Part shown: positions 1-9,798 of the stretch, piece after piece | How the letters are laid out: each line of letters starts with the position of its first letter | How positions within the stretch are numbered: position 1 is the stretch's first letter | NCBI GenBank assembly: GCA_019828565.1 | Contig: JAHDYR010000015.1 | Span: 842,986 to 906,985, forward strand | From: Carpediemonas membranifera BICM | Taxonomy: Eukaryota > Protista > Fornicata | Length of the DNA: 64,000 bases | Direction: 5' to 3' | The notes under the pieces: generated by a model | What the model was told of the DNA's origin: nothing | Seen by the model: the letters and a program-made list of their open reading frames with translations, nothing else | Databases searched by the model: none | Position numbers and translations under genes: made by a program

Positions 1-514
1 GTAGCATGAACGGAAGGTCGACGTCACGCCGGTCCACCGCGTTCGTGCGCGCCAAACGCCACCCCTTCCGGTCAGCTAGGTCTGATATCTTCGCGTGGAG
101 GCGCACGCTGGCGGCGTCTTCGACCTCATATGAATGCGTCGCGACCAGGACAACGGGCAGGTTCTCCTGGAGTGTGGCCTCAACAAGAACGTTAGACCAG
201 TGTGTGATAGACTCTACGGCGTCCTGATCGTTGGCATCATAGAGAATAAGGGCGCATTGGCATTCGGCGATGTATTTCTTCACCAAGTCGGTGTATAGCG
301 GACATCCGGGCATGTCAAAGAAGAAAAATTCGTAGACAACATCATCGTCGGGAACGCGAACTTGCTTGTTCGTGATCCGAGGGTCAGTCGTCATATTGTA
401 GTGTGAAAGATAGTCTGTGCTCTTCGGATCGCTGAACATCGAGACTAGCGTAGATTTCCCGCATCTTTGGTTGCCAAGGACCGCACAGTTAACGATAACA
501 GGGCTGTCAGCCAT
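1..514 (-). CDS. IFT27: Rab-like small GTPase, IFT27/RABL4-like (3' end runs off window)
   Basis: Not in ORF track. Manual translation MADSPVIVNCAVLGNQRCGKSTLVSMF...YNMTT...VRVPDDDVVYEFFFFDMPG shows a P-loop plus IFT27-style SMF, YxMT and VxxPD motifs. Confidence 0.75.
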   Translation of the reverse strand, partial: MADSPVIVNCAVLGNQRCGKSTLVSMFSDPKSTDYLSHYNMTTDPRITNKQVRVPDDDVVYEFFFFDMPGCPLYTDLVKKYIAECQCALILYDANDQDAVESITHWSNVLVEATLQENLPVVLVATHSYEVEDAASVRLHAKISDLADRKGWRLARTNAVDRRDVDLPFML

Positions 515-826
515 GAGAAACTATATAAAAGCGAATTTTGAACCTTAAAATGCGATGTTGGCAACGAGCTGTTACTGGCGGTCCATGTCGCACTAGCGGA
601 TGGATGCAGATAAAGTCTACCTGCTGGGACCATTTATTCAACTTTTCTCTGGGGCAACTCGGCAGACACGAAGAGGAGAGCATCCCGTGGCACAAGCCAG
701 CTGCATGCCTGTTGTCCTGGCGGACGCGTACAACGCGACGCAGTGAGGCTGCCTTATGTATAAAGTAGAGCCGCCTTCCCTCGACGCTAGCCTAAAACCA
801 ACCGATCATTTATACCCATTTATGGC

Positions 827-1335
827 TTAGTAAGTGGGCATGTGGGGAAGAGGAGCGACGTCGATGATGCCAGTGCCCTTGACGTAGGTGGCCTCGCGGG
901 GAGCACCGGGCATACGCTTGAGTTCGACCTTGACGCCAGTCTTCTTGGCCTCAGCCTTGAGCTCGTCGTTGCGGCGAGCACGGGCCTTGATCTCAGCCTT
1001 AAGGTTGGAGAGCTTGATGTGCTCAACGCGGACGTGGATGCGCTTCTTCATGATGCGGCCGCCAACACGCTTGTTGACCTCAACACCGATAGCACGGGGG
1101 GAAACGTTCCAGACGACGCCGGTCTTGCCGTGGTAGAACTTGTGGGGGAGAGACTTGTGCACAGCGGCGTTGGCCTTGATGTCAACGTGGTCGCCGAGGC
1201 GGTAGGGCACAAGAGTGCGGGCGGGAGCGGGAACACCGGCCTGGCGGAAGCCCTGGCGGAACATGTAGCGCGTACCGTGCCTACATAACAATTTTGATGA
1301 TCAAAAACGAACCTATAACCGTTGCAGTGGGGCAT
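827..1335 (-). CDS. RPL21: 60S ribosomal protein L21 (eL21); 32-nt GT-AG intron 1281-1312
   Basis: Spliced N-terminus MPHCNGYRHGTRYMF; PHKFYHGKTG and KRIHVRVEHIK motifs. Confidence 0.97.
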
Positions 1336-1532
1336 TTCCTCGGTCTAGCAAGCTCTGTTTTTTTTCACGAAAAAAAGTTGAACATTTTTCTCCAGCACTG
1401 CTTACACCCCGTCCAGTCAAATTGCAGCCGTATAATGCTATACACCGTGTGGAAAAGTGATCCTGCGCTCACAAGCATGAGTCGGCAAACTGACCATAAT
1501 CTGCATCTTGCGAATTTGGTCAGAAATCGCCG

Positions 1533-2525
1533 ATGGAACACCAGGCTGTGCGAACATCGACCATATCAACGCCAGCATCCCCCTACAAGCATCCGTTTCC
1601 TACCACTCAAATATCGCGCGGAAACCGTTTTGAGGTCGAGGTTTCGCGTTCAGACGCGGGTCTCGGCGCTAGAGTCCCGAGGACAGGCCTAAGCAGACTT
1701 AGCACGAATGGTGTGTCCAGATCACTTGCATCTCCATCCGCAGCATCCCTCAGGATGAAGTACAACACCCGTGTGGAGGAGATAACAAAAGACGACGCCG
1801 AACACCACAAGCGCCACATCATTCCAGAGAAAGACAGTGCCCCTGCCGGAGAGCGCATCACCAGCATGGTAGCCGCCCATGTCCAGACCGTCTCCTCCCC
1901 CTCGGGCCGCGACGTGCCCCAGCGGAACCAGTTTAGGTTCGGCCCATCCCTCCCTCTCGTTCGGGAGCCACCCAAGACGTTCGGGTCGCCCCTGTTTCGT
2001 ATGGCAATGGAGGGGCCTCGTGTGAGGTCGACACTCCGTGTTGATGATGAGAGCACCGTCGCCGACTCCGGCACGCAGTCGGTAGTCATCGATGACATCG
2101 CCAGCATCGCAGAGAAGGTGGATGAGATGCCTATCGACGAGATTCCTGATACTCCCGTGGCCCAGGAGGTTGGAACAACGGACATGATGCCGAGCACGGT
2201 CACCCCCACCCTTGTACACCCTGACGACGAGGAGAAGGCTGACGAGAACGCGAATGTTGACCAGAGCGAGCGTGCTGTGGCTCATAAGCCACTCACTGAG
2301 ACGTTTGAGACTGTGGTGCTCGACACGTCGACACATCCTCTTGTCCGACTCATTGGGCCTGAGGAGGCCGCAAAGGACATGCTCAGGCCTAAGGAACCGA
2401 CCGAGTCACGGTATGGCACGCCCACAGTCTCGAAGATGGTTGAGATGAGTGGAGTTTCTGTCGACGATGCTGCATACACCGACGGCCCAGGCCTTCCGAG
2501 CCCCAAGAAGCATGGGGCTATGTAA
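1533..2525 (+). CDS. Hypothetical low-complexity protein (330 aa)
   Basis: Long ATG-initiated ORF filling the gene slot; no recognised motif. Confidence 0.65.
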   Translation: MEHQAVRTSTISTPASPYKHPFPTTQISRGNRFEVEVSRSDAGLGARVPRTGLSRLSTNGVSRSLASPSAASLRMKYNTRVEEITKDDAEHHKRHIIPEKDSAPAGERITSMVAAHVQTVSSPSGRDVPQRNQFRFGPSLPLVREPPKTFGSPLFRMAMEGPRVRSTLRVDDESTVADSGTQSVVIDDIASIAEKVDEMPIDEIPDTPVAQEVGTTDMMPSTVTPTLVHPDDEEKADENANVDQSERAVAHKPLTETFETVVLDTSTHPLVRLIGPEEAAKDMLRPKEPTESRYGTPTVSKMVEMSGVSVDDAAYTDGPGLPSPKKHGAM

Positions 2526-2624
2526 AACTATCACTTAGAACCGTTTAGACGTCTTTTGCTGCACTTGTCGTCAGTTTCTTCGACTCTGAATGGGTCCCTG
2601 TTCCGAAAAATTACGACCGGCGTT

Positions 2625-3902
2625 ATGCCTGGTGGAAGGGCGCAGACGTACTCTTTAGCTGCCATTAGTAACATATTAGAAGCTGCTAAACGCCCCAGCT
2701 CTTTTCAGGAGCTAGAGATGGATAGCGACGACGGAGGAGTGTCGAAGCACGAATCCATCTACTCCGAGCTACTTAAGCTTCATCCGCCAAAAGCAAAGCG
2801 CTCACCACAGAAACCCAACGCACATACACACACGAAATCGCCAACCAAGAGCTTTCGTGCTCTAAAACCGGGCAAATCGGCTCCTCCATTGGCGACATCC
2901 ACCACTCCCCAGCGGAAATCCAAGCTTCGGGAGGCGATAGAGCTGTCCAAGTCACTGGGGGCCAGCGACTACGACCTCGGAGCTGTCGATGACATTCAAA
3001 GCATCCAATCAGCTCACAGTGCTTTCGAACTCACCGATGAAGAGAGCGAGCATGAAGCTGCGTCACCTAGCCCAACCTGGCTGGATGCCTCAGTGTCCGA
3101 GGAAGACGAGGAGGAGGTAGGGTCAACCCGCCACGCCCTGACCATGTCCTTGTCCGCCTTGCCACCTGACCTGAGGGACTACGCTCCCTCCCCTGCCCCA
3201 CCACGACACTGCACGGAGCCGGAGATGGAGGATGACACTGTAACATACGATGGGGAGGATGAGGCATATGGATCCTTCGAATACGAGGCTTATGAGAACG
3301 ATAACGGGAACGACCTCGGAGGATACAACCCACAAGACGAGGAAGACGAGGAAGACGAGGAGGAGACGGAGGAGACTGACTTCACCGAGACATACAACCG
3401 GGCCGACCCCCTCGAATCGACCCTGACCAGTGCCCTGGAACCCATCCCCACGTCCTCGCCATGGCCATCAGTTGATTACAGGCCAGCAGTCTCATCCCCA
3501 CTCTCCAAGCTCGCGTTCTCAGCAATGGGCGACGCTTCTGAGAGCGATACCGACTCTGAACAAGTCGAGTCGGGGTGGGGGTTCAGAGTTCCGACGCCCC
3601 TGGCCATTGTCGAGGCAAGCGGGGTCAGCATTGAGTGGGACTCTTCGGTCCTTCCTTCAGACACGGCTAACATGCAGTTTGGCCTGAGTCTCTTGAAGCA
3701 GAGGCTCTCGATCGACTCTGACGGTCGAGTCAATCCTATTGGCAGTCCTGAGCTACTCATTGAGAATACCAGAGATCCAGACTTCTTTGATGCTGACAAC
3801 AGCTTGGGCGGGGTGACGATGTATGTCCTCGTCCCCATGAAGGGACAGGATGGACGATGGAAGGACGGGCCCGCCAGTGACGCGGCCGTGGTTGCTCGGT
3901 GA
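2625..3902 (+). CDS. Hypothetical acidic/disordered protein; may have a further short 3' exon
   Basis: Long ORF with D/E tracts; first ATG at 2625; the stop lies in a GTGAGG donor-like site. Confidence 0.65.
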   Translation: MPGGRAQTYSLAAISNILEAAKRPSSFQELEMDSDDGGVSKHESIYSELLKLHPPKAKRSPQKPNAHTHTKSPTKSFRALKPGKSAPPLATSTTPQRKSKLREAIELSKSLGASDYDLGAVDDIQSIQSAHSAFELTDEESEHEAASPSPTWLDASVSEEDEEEVGSTRHALTMSLSALPPDLRDYAPSPAPPRHCTEPEMEDDTVTYDGEDEAYGSFEYEAYENDNGNDLGGYNPQDEEDEEDEEETEETDFTETYNRADPLESTLTSALEPIPTSSPWPSVDYRPAVSSPLSKLAFSAMGDASESDTDSEQVESGWGFRVPTPLAIVEASGVSIEWDSSVLPSDTANMQFGLSLLKQRLSIDSDGRVNPIGSPELLIENTRDPDFFDADNSLGGVTMYVLVPMKGQDGRWKDGPASDAAVVAR

Positions 3903-4156
3903 GGGGAGTATGGCGAGTTATGTTCCGCGGTCAATGTATTGACATAAATAGTTCAGCTCATGGTTGCTGTTTCGTCGCATCAGGTACATGACTCTGGCTT
4001 GACTGGAGTGTCGAGTATGGATGATGACGAGCCAGGAGACGGAATTTATAAGACTGGGTGAGAGATGAGTGTCGTTTGATACCCAGCGTGGGTCCAATAT
4101 CGTTGTAGATCCTCGAATCTATCACGAATCGGTTGACTGTCGCGAATCATGGTGGA

Positions 4157-4696
4157 ATGGCAGTACCGCGCTCAAGGAACACAATTCATATGACTGTTGC
4201 CTTGCCGTCTTCTGAATTAGCAATAACTGCCGCTGATGCTGTTCGCGAGTGGGAAAGCGTCGATCTTGTGCTTCAAGGCCCGATCGTCAAGGGTTTTGGC
4301 CGCGGCAAGAGCCAATTGCAGTGCCCTACAGCCAATTTGGACCCAAATGCTATCCAAGAAGACGTTAAGAAGATCTTAGGCCAGCGAATGGGCGTTTACG
4401 CCGGCTACGCCACCTTCACCTCCAAGAACGCACGCTTCCCTGCGCCCGGCGAGCGCTATCCCATGGTCATGAGCATCGGGACGAATCCAACGTACGCGAA
4501 CTGCAAACTAACGATCGAGGCACACCTGATGCATGAGTTTAAGGAGGACTTCTACGGCGCGACCCTCAAGCTCGAGGTGACCCATCTGATTCGGACCAAC
4601 ACTAAGTTTGTGAGCTTCGAGGAGCTGAAGAGCGCCATATTTGACGATATCAAACTGTACGCCATGCGCTTGAAGAAGGGCTGTGCGATCATTTGA
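4157..4696 (+). CDS. RFK: Riboflavin kinase
   Basis: KGFGRG...PTANL, GVYAG, MSIGTNPTY and EAHLMHEFKEDFYG motifs; start codon uncertain (4157 or 4190). Confidence 0.93.
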   Translation: MAVPRSRNTIHMTVALPSSELAITAADAVREWESVDLVLQGPIVKGFGRGKSQLQCPTANLDPNAIQEDVKKILGQRMGVYAGYATFTSKNARFPAPGERYPMVMSIGTNPTYANCKLTIEAHLMHEFKEDFYGATLKLEVTHLIRTNTKFVSFEELKSAIFDDIKLYAMRLKKGCAII

Positions 4697-4863
4697 TGCC
4701 TTTTTTGATTGATTGGCCAAGCTGTGCACGTGTGTTCATTTAAAAGTCGGCATACCATTGCTTTGCACGTCTCCTCGCGCTGGCTCACCAGCGGAGTTCA
4801 GTCCTGTGTGCAGTTTACCGTGATAGCGTCGTCACTTCGACTGAAAAGGATCATCGACAAGCA

Positions 4864-6555
4864 ATGAACTCAATTCGTCAGTTCTGGACTGAACTGAAGG
4901 ATGTGGGTGTTTCTAAGCTGCGTATAGGCAGCTCCTTGCACGCCAACTCTCAGTTCCGGTACGCCGAGGAGTACGTGACGACAGTGGAGGAGCATGTGAT
5001 CAACTTCCTTCATGGATACGGCTTCAAATCAGCAGCAACCTCTCGCTTCGCCACCGAGATGCGCATCAAGCGCTTCCGCCGCAACATCCTCTTTGCTGGC
5101 GCCATCTTTCTTCTCCTTGTGATCCCCCTCTCCCTTTCCATCGCATTCCTCTTCCTCCGAGTGCCCCAGTCAAGCTTCACCTGCCCTGCTGGCACTTCCT
5201 GGAGCGGCATCAAGTGCCTCCAATGTGATTCAGTCAAATGGTCTCATGCCAACTCGGCCTTTTGTAAGATGCCCGACGTGATGCTCGAGAGCTCGCGGAA
5301 TGACCCTACACTGCCCTACCTTCAATGCGGACTTCCTAGCGCCCCTGTAGAGTGTCCCTACCGCTTCTCCGACCCAGACAACGTTGAGTCCATCGCCACG
5401 ACTTTATGCCGCGGCCAGGTAGGTCAGACTGGCTATGAATACGACTACGGCCGTCTCCAGGAGGTCCTCATCCCAATCACACCCGCTGCAAGTGCCCCTG
5501 ACTTCGTCATCACTTCCCAGTCATCCTTTGCTTGGGACAGCACAGTAACTGAGTGGGCAAAAGGCCAGATGTACAGGGCAGTCGTATTCTGCTATAGCCT
5601 ATGCCCCGTAGATAAGATGCTCGACGTGGAGTCGATGAAATGCCTCGACTCGCCCCAGAATATACTCTACACCCAAACCCGCAACCCAACAGTGTCTGAA
5701 CGCATTTATAACTCATACCACTACTACCAGTCGACCTCGCTGTTCTCGGGCCAACCCACTGTGATTCTGATCCACGGTGGGTCGTTCCACGGGGCTGACA
5801 AGAGAGATTATGTCAAGGTCGGCCAATGGTTCAACAAGGCGGGATTCCCGACCGCAATTGTCAACTATAGACAACTTGATTATCTCAGAACTATTGACAA
5901 ACGCGGGTTGACTCCGGCCAAATCTATTTATGAGTCAGTCGAGGATATTGCCCAGGCCGTGAAGGAGGTGCGGGACAGGGTGAAGGGCGAGGTGCTGCTG
6001 GTCGGCCATGGCGCGGGTGTTTACCTGACCTCGATGCTGCTCTCTAATGCTACCCTGCTGCAGCAAAGTACTCTTGTCAGTGGGACTAACGCGAATAGTA
6101 TATTCGGTGTTCTGTTTCTTGGTGGAGTTTATAATGTTACGGACGCGGCACTCAACCCAGGAGCCCCATCCGGTCTCCATGAAATGGCGTCCCAAATCAT
6201 ATTCACCAATCCTGATATAGATTCAATATTCAGACTGACTGACCCTGACACAATTTCGCATTTTAAGGACGTGCCTATCGCTCTCGTTCCCGCCCAGATG
6301 GAGAATCCTGACAGTGTATATGGCCGTCAGTCGACCGCGGCCGCAGCAAAGATGAAGGCGGCAGGATTCAACAACGTCGACGTGCTCGAGCTCGATGGCT
6401 ATGAAAGCCAGATCCAAGACCCCTTGAAACTAGCGCCATTCCTTGATCTTTTGTATGGAATTGACTCAAATGAAGCCATTTCTGTCGCCTATAAGTCCTG
6501 GCTGAATTCCATTCTGCCCAAGACGGTGAGGATTGAGATGGATGCTTTTGACTGA
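4864..6555 (+). CDS. Membrane-anchored alpha/beta-hydrolase-fold protein with Cys-rich stalk
   Basis: N-terminal TM helix, Cys-rich region, HGGSF oxyanion motif, GHGAG at the nucleophile elbow. Confidence 0.8.
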   Translation: MNSIRQFWTELKDVGVSKLRIGSSLHANSQFRYAEEYVTTVEEHVINFLHGYGFKSAATSRFATEMRIKRFRRNILFAGAIFLLLVIPLSLSIAFLFLRVPQSSFTCPAGTSWSGIKCLQCDSVKWSHANSAFCKMPDVMLESSRNDPTLPYLQCGLPSAPVECPYRFSDPDNVESIATTLCRGQVGQTGYEYDYGRLQEVLIPITPAASAPDFVITSQSSFAWDSTVTEWAKGQMYRAVVFCYSLCPVDKMLDVESMKCLDSPQNILYTQTRNPTVSERIYNSYHYYQSTSLFSGQPTVILIHGGSFHGADKRDYVKVGQWFNKAGFPTAIVNYRQLDYLRTIDKRGLTPAKSIYESVEDIAQAVKEVRDRVKGEVLLVGHGAGVYLTSMLLSNATLLQQSTLVSGTNANSIFGVLFLGGVYNVTDAALNPGAPSGLHEMASQIIFTNPDIDSIFRLTDPDTISHFKDVPIALVPAQMENPDSVYGRQSTAAAAKMKAAGFNNVDVLELDGYESQIQDPLKLAPFLDLLYGIDSNEAISVAYKSWLNSILPKTVRIEMDAFD

Positions 6556-6596
6556 CTCGACCCAAATCCAGACGAATCTCTTGATCGAATAAATTT

Positions 6597-8531
6597 TTAT
6601 TTACTTACCCTGCCCATCATTTGATCGAGCTGTCGCACCATCGACGCCATCGGACCTCTCACGTTAGCCGGCATATCATTGACTCGCTCTACGGCCTCTC
6701 TTGCCTCCTCCTCAGCGGCGTCTCTCTCTTCCTGCTGTGCGGCTACGAGTCCCATGAGTTCATTTCTGGCGCTATCAACTTCTCTGGTGACTGCGGACTT
6801 GTCTCTTGTCACAGTTTTGATCTGAGCGGTCAAGGTAGACTCGAGCATTGCTCTGGTTGCCTCCATTGCTCTGAGGTCGTTCTTGAGTCGATCGACCGCT
6901 CTTCCCACTCTGGCGCGGATCTCACCCGCCCTACGCTCCAACGCCTCGCGGTGTCTGGCCCTCATGCTGCCCAGAGAACGCTCCAAATCCTTGTCGATGG
7001 CGTCGATCTTCCCCTTTCTGTCCTCTTCTGCTTCAACTAGCATGGCTGCCCGCAAGGCATCCAGGCGCTGCTGAACCTCATCAAGAGTCACCATCTGGGT
7101 CTGCTGCGAATGGACCAACTCGTTGAGATCATCAAATGCCTGGTTGGGCGTATCTGCTCGCCGCGTCAGAGCAGTGGTGCCCGACACCCTCGCCGCGCTG
7201 GCTGACTTCCCAGCCTTGGTGGTCTTTCCCACGTTCTCCTTCCTTGCTGGGGCTGGGGCATGTGGGGGTGTGACTGGCCCCGTCACGTCCGACTCGTCCA
7301 CACCCTCGTCCGCTGCCGCAGTGGCCTCCATTGCCCTGGGCCTCGGCTTAGGCGGCGCTGACCGGGCGGCGCGTGGGTCTAGTCGTGCCCTTTTCTTCAA
7401 CGGTGCGGTGGCAGGCGCTGTGGGCGTCTTACGGCGCCCAGCCAAGTCTGTCGGGGCCTCTCCCCTGTCTCCACCCGGTGTCGCCATGCTCCTCACCTTC
7501 GCCTGAGCCACCGCCCCGCCCCCACTGATGGGACTGGCTGACTCGACCCTGACTTCCTTCACGGCCTCTCGGGCAGCTTTCACTCGGGCATTAACCGCCG
7601 CTGTCATGTGCTTGGGAGCCGTGGCAAGCTTTAAGTGGATGCCCATGCGGAGCTCGGAAGCATGCGGGGTGGAGCTAGAGACACGGGCAGCAACGATTAT
7701 AACCATACGGCGGGCAGAAATCTCGAGTTTTGTCAACTGTGAGTAGGGGATTGTGACAAGACCAGCTGAAGTCATAAGTGTCAGCGAGTCAAGACCGAAG
7801 TCGGCGTGGGTGTCAACCAGCCTGAGATCTGGCACAACCGCGTCGATCGTGTATGAGCTGACACTATCCCTGGCGGGCGATGACTGAATCAGGGTCTCAA
7901 ACAGCTTTCTAGCCATACAAGGTGCGGGCTTGTCGTAGTACCGAGTGAACTGCTTCCTTATATACTGTGGAACCTGCTCAGGTGTGACATGGTGGGTGTT
8001 ACAGCTGTCCAAGCAAGCCCAGCATAACGCCGGGTCAGGTACGCGGGCTATGGTGTCAAACATGTCGATAATAGGCGGCGTTTCCATCAGATCGAAGACT
8101 GAGAAGACTCCTAGGAGTCTGCGGGGGGAGGTCTGGGTTGGGAGCCAGGCGAGGAGGGAAGGGAGGAGAGAGGAGACCGGGATGGAGGAGATGAAGGCGA
8201 TGAAGGCGTCGTAGACTGGCCAGGAGCTCGCTAGGAGCTTTGGGATGGTGGGGGAGATGAGTTTGGCGGGGTTTAGCCTGTCGAGCTTGGGAAAGTTGGA
8301 TTTGAACTGAAAGATCTGAGCAAGAAGCTTGCAGCCTTGGAGAGCGGTCTCCTCATCAGTATCTTCAGCGAATACCTCGCGAAGGCACTTCCTGAGCGCT
8401 TCTGTGGAGATTGACACATCGGCGGACGCGTCAAACAGGTCCAACGCCATCTGAGCGTCTATGAACCGAGCTTCGCGTATCAGACGGTTAATAGACACGA
8501 TTGACGGCTTTGTGGAACGCGAACCAGCCAT
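6597..8531 (-). CDS. Hypothetical protein: helical N-terminus, beta-rich segment, disordered linker, C-terminal coiled coil
   Basis: Long ORF; ATG at 8531 chosen to avoid overlap with the neighbouring gene. Confidence 0.7.
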   Translation of the reverse strand: MAGSRSTKPSIVSINRLIREARFIDAQMALDLFDASADVSISTEALRKCLREVFAEDTDEETALQGCKLLAQIFQFKSNFPKLDRLNPAKLISPTIPKLLASSWPVYDAFIAFISSIPVSSLLPSLLAWLPTQTSPRRLLGVFSVFDLMETPPIIDMFDTIARVPDPALCWACLDSCNTHHVTPEQVPQYIRKQFTRYYDKPAPCMARKLFETLIQSSPARDSVSSYTIDAVVPDLRLVDTHADFGLDSLTLMTSAGLVTIPYSQLTKLEISARRMVIIVAARVSSSTPHASELRMGIHLKLATAPKHMTAAVNARVKAAREAVKEVRVESASPISGGGAVAQAKVRSMATPGGDRGEAPTDLAGRRKTPTAPATAPLKKRARLDPRAARSAPPKPRPRAMEATAAADEGVDESDVTGPVTPPHAPAPARKENVGKTTKAGKSASAARVSGTTALTRRADTPNQAFDDLNELVHSQQTQMVTLDEVQQRLDALRAAMLVEAEEDRKGKIDAIDKDLERSLGSMRARHREALERRAGEIRARVGRAVDRLKNDLRAMEATRAMLESTLTAQIKTVTRDKSAVTREVDSARNELMGLVAAQQEERDAAEEEAREAVERVNDMPANVRGPMASMVRQLDQMMGRVSK

Positions 8532-8628
8532 CACTCGCGGTTTTCTCAGGAAACGTCTATCCGGCATACAAAACCCGCCACACAATAATCTGCATGCGTC
8601 GTTTACCGCACAAACGGAGGCATAAGGT

Positions 8629-9681
8629 CTATAGCTCGTCGTGGGCGATGTCTTCAACTTCCACAGGTTCTTTCTGCTTTCCCTTTCCACCCTCCTCCTT
8701 CATTTCATTCCCGTCGTCGCCTTCATCCAAAGCCAGTCGCCCCTCGCTAATCTCTTCGATCAAATCCTCGAGGAGTTGCTGTGCTTCCTTCAGTGTAGAT
8801 TCATCGCATACGGCAGGTGTGTAGAGCGTTCCTTCGTACTCGCACGTCCCTATCCTTGAAACCTGAACGACAGTGCTTGGTCCACAAGTCAATGCAAGGC
8901 GAAGGGACCGGCCATGGTCTGCCCCGCATGGCGCGCCGTCAAGGAAGAGTAGCGTACTTCCCTTCTCTACCAAGGCGCTGAACACGCCAAGAGAATGGGT
9001 GCGTTGGCCGTCGGATGAGGCAACGCTTGCATTCTGGAAGAGATGAACAGTGTACGGATCGGATTCCAGCGTCGTGTTGTACAGGACTATCAGACTGGGC
9101 GCTGTACTCCTATGCTCTAGAAGCAGCTCTGTCGCATGGCAGCTGTCTGTCCACTCTTCGTCCGTTTCTTCAGAGTCGCCGCAGTTTAGGACGAACCACT
9201 CCTCTAGCTGGTCCCACTCGGCGTCCAGCTCTACCGTGGCCTCCATACGGCGTCTGGCAGCAATGCCCTCCTCGACTTCTTTCACTCTGAAGTCATACTG
9301 AGCGATGAACTGAGCCGCTTCTTCAGCGCATGTGTTGGGGCAGAGGCCAGCAACCTCATCAGACCCGTCGCAGCAGTCACAGCGGCCGTCGTCTACGAAT
9401 GAGGAGTGGATGTACTTGGATCTCGAGCCGATGTTGGAGCAGAAGAAGAGGTTGCCCGTACAGGCGGATGTCCCAGGTTCATCGCTGCCATCTGGACAAT
9501 CACAGTAGTCGTCGTTCACCCAGGCCATAGGAATCGTTCGTGAACCGTCCAGGCATGTGAAATTCGCCTGGGAGGGGTCGTATGCTTCAATAGGGGCATC
9601 AGGTGAAAGACCGCGGATAGTATAGGAAAAGACAAGACTAAAGATTACAAAGAGCACTGCTATCCTCGCTGTAACGCCCAT
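8629..9681 (-). CDS. PRKCSH: Glucosidase II beta subunit-like
   Basis: Signal peptide, NDDYCDCPDGSDEPGTSAC, CDCCDGSDE, MRH-like Cys pattern, C-terminal HDEL. Confidence 0.92.
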   Translation of the reverse strand: MGVTARIAVLFVIFSLVFSYTIRGLSPDAPIEAYDPSQANFTCLDGSRTIPMAWVNDDYCDCPDGSDEPGTSACTGNLFFCSNIGSRSKYIHSSFVDDGRCDCCDGSDEVAGLCPNTCAEEAAQFIAQYDFRVKEVEEGIAARRRMEATVELDAEWDQLEEWFVLNCGDSEETDEEWTDSCHATELLLEHRSTAPSLIVLYNTTLESDPYTVHLFQNASVASSDGQRTHSLGVFSALVEKGSTLLFLDGAPCGADHGRSLRLALTCGPSTVVQVSRIGTCEYEGTLYTPAVCDESTLKEAQQLLEDLIEEISEGRLALDEGDDGNEMKEEGGKGKQKEPVEVEDIAHDEL

Positions 9682-9773
9682 GGTTCAGGAGATAGCAAGT
9701 TCACGAGGTGCAGTTTTAGGCCAGCATCGATGGTGCAGTTTATGCGCGTCACTAATGTGCTATTGAAGGGTCA

Positions 9774-9798
9774 AACAATGTGTTTATACTGCGCAACA
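9774..9798 (+). repeat. Left 25-bp direct repeat (putative TSD) of Fanzor element 1
   Basis: AACAATGTGTTTATACTGCGCAACA, identical to 11340-11364. Confidence 0.9.
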
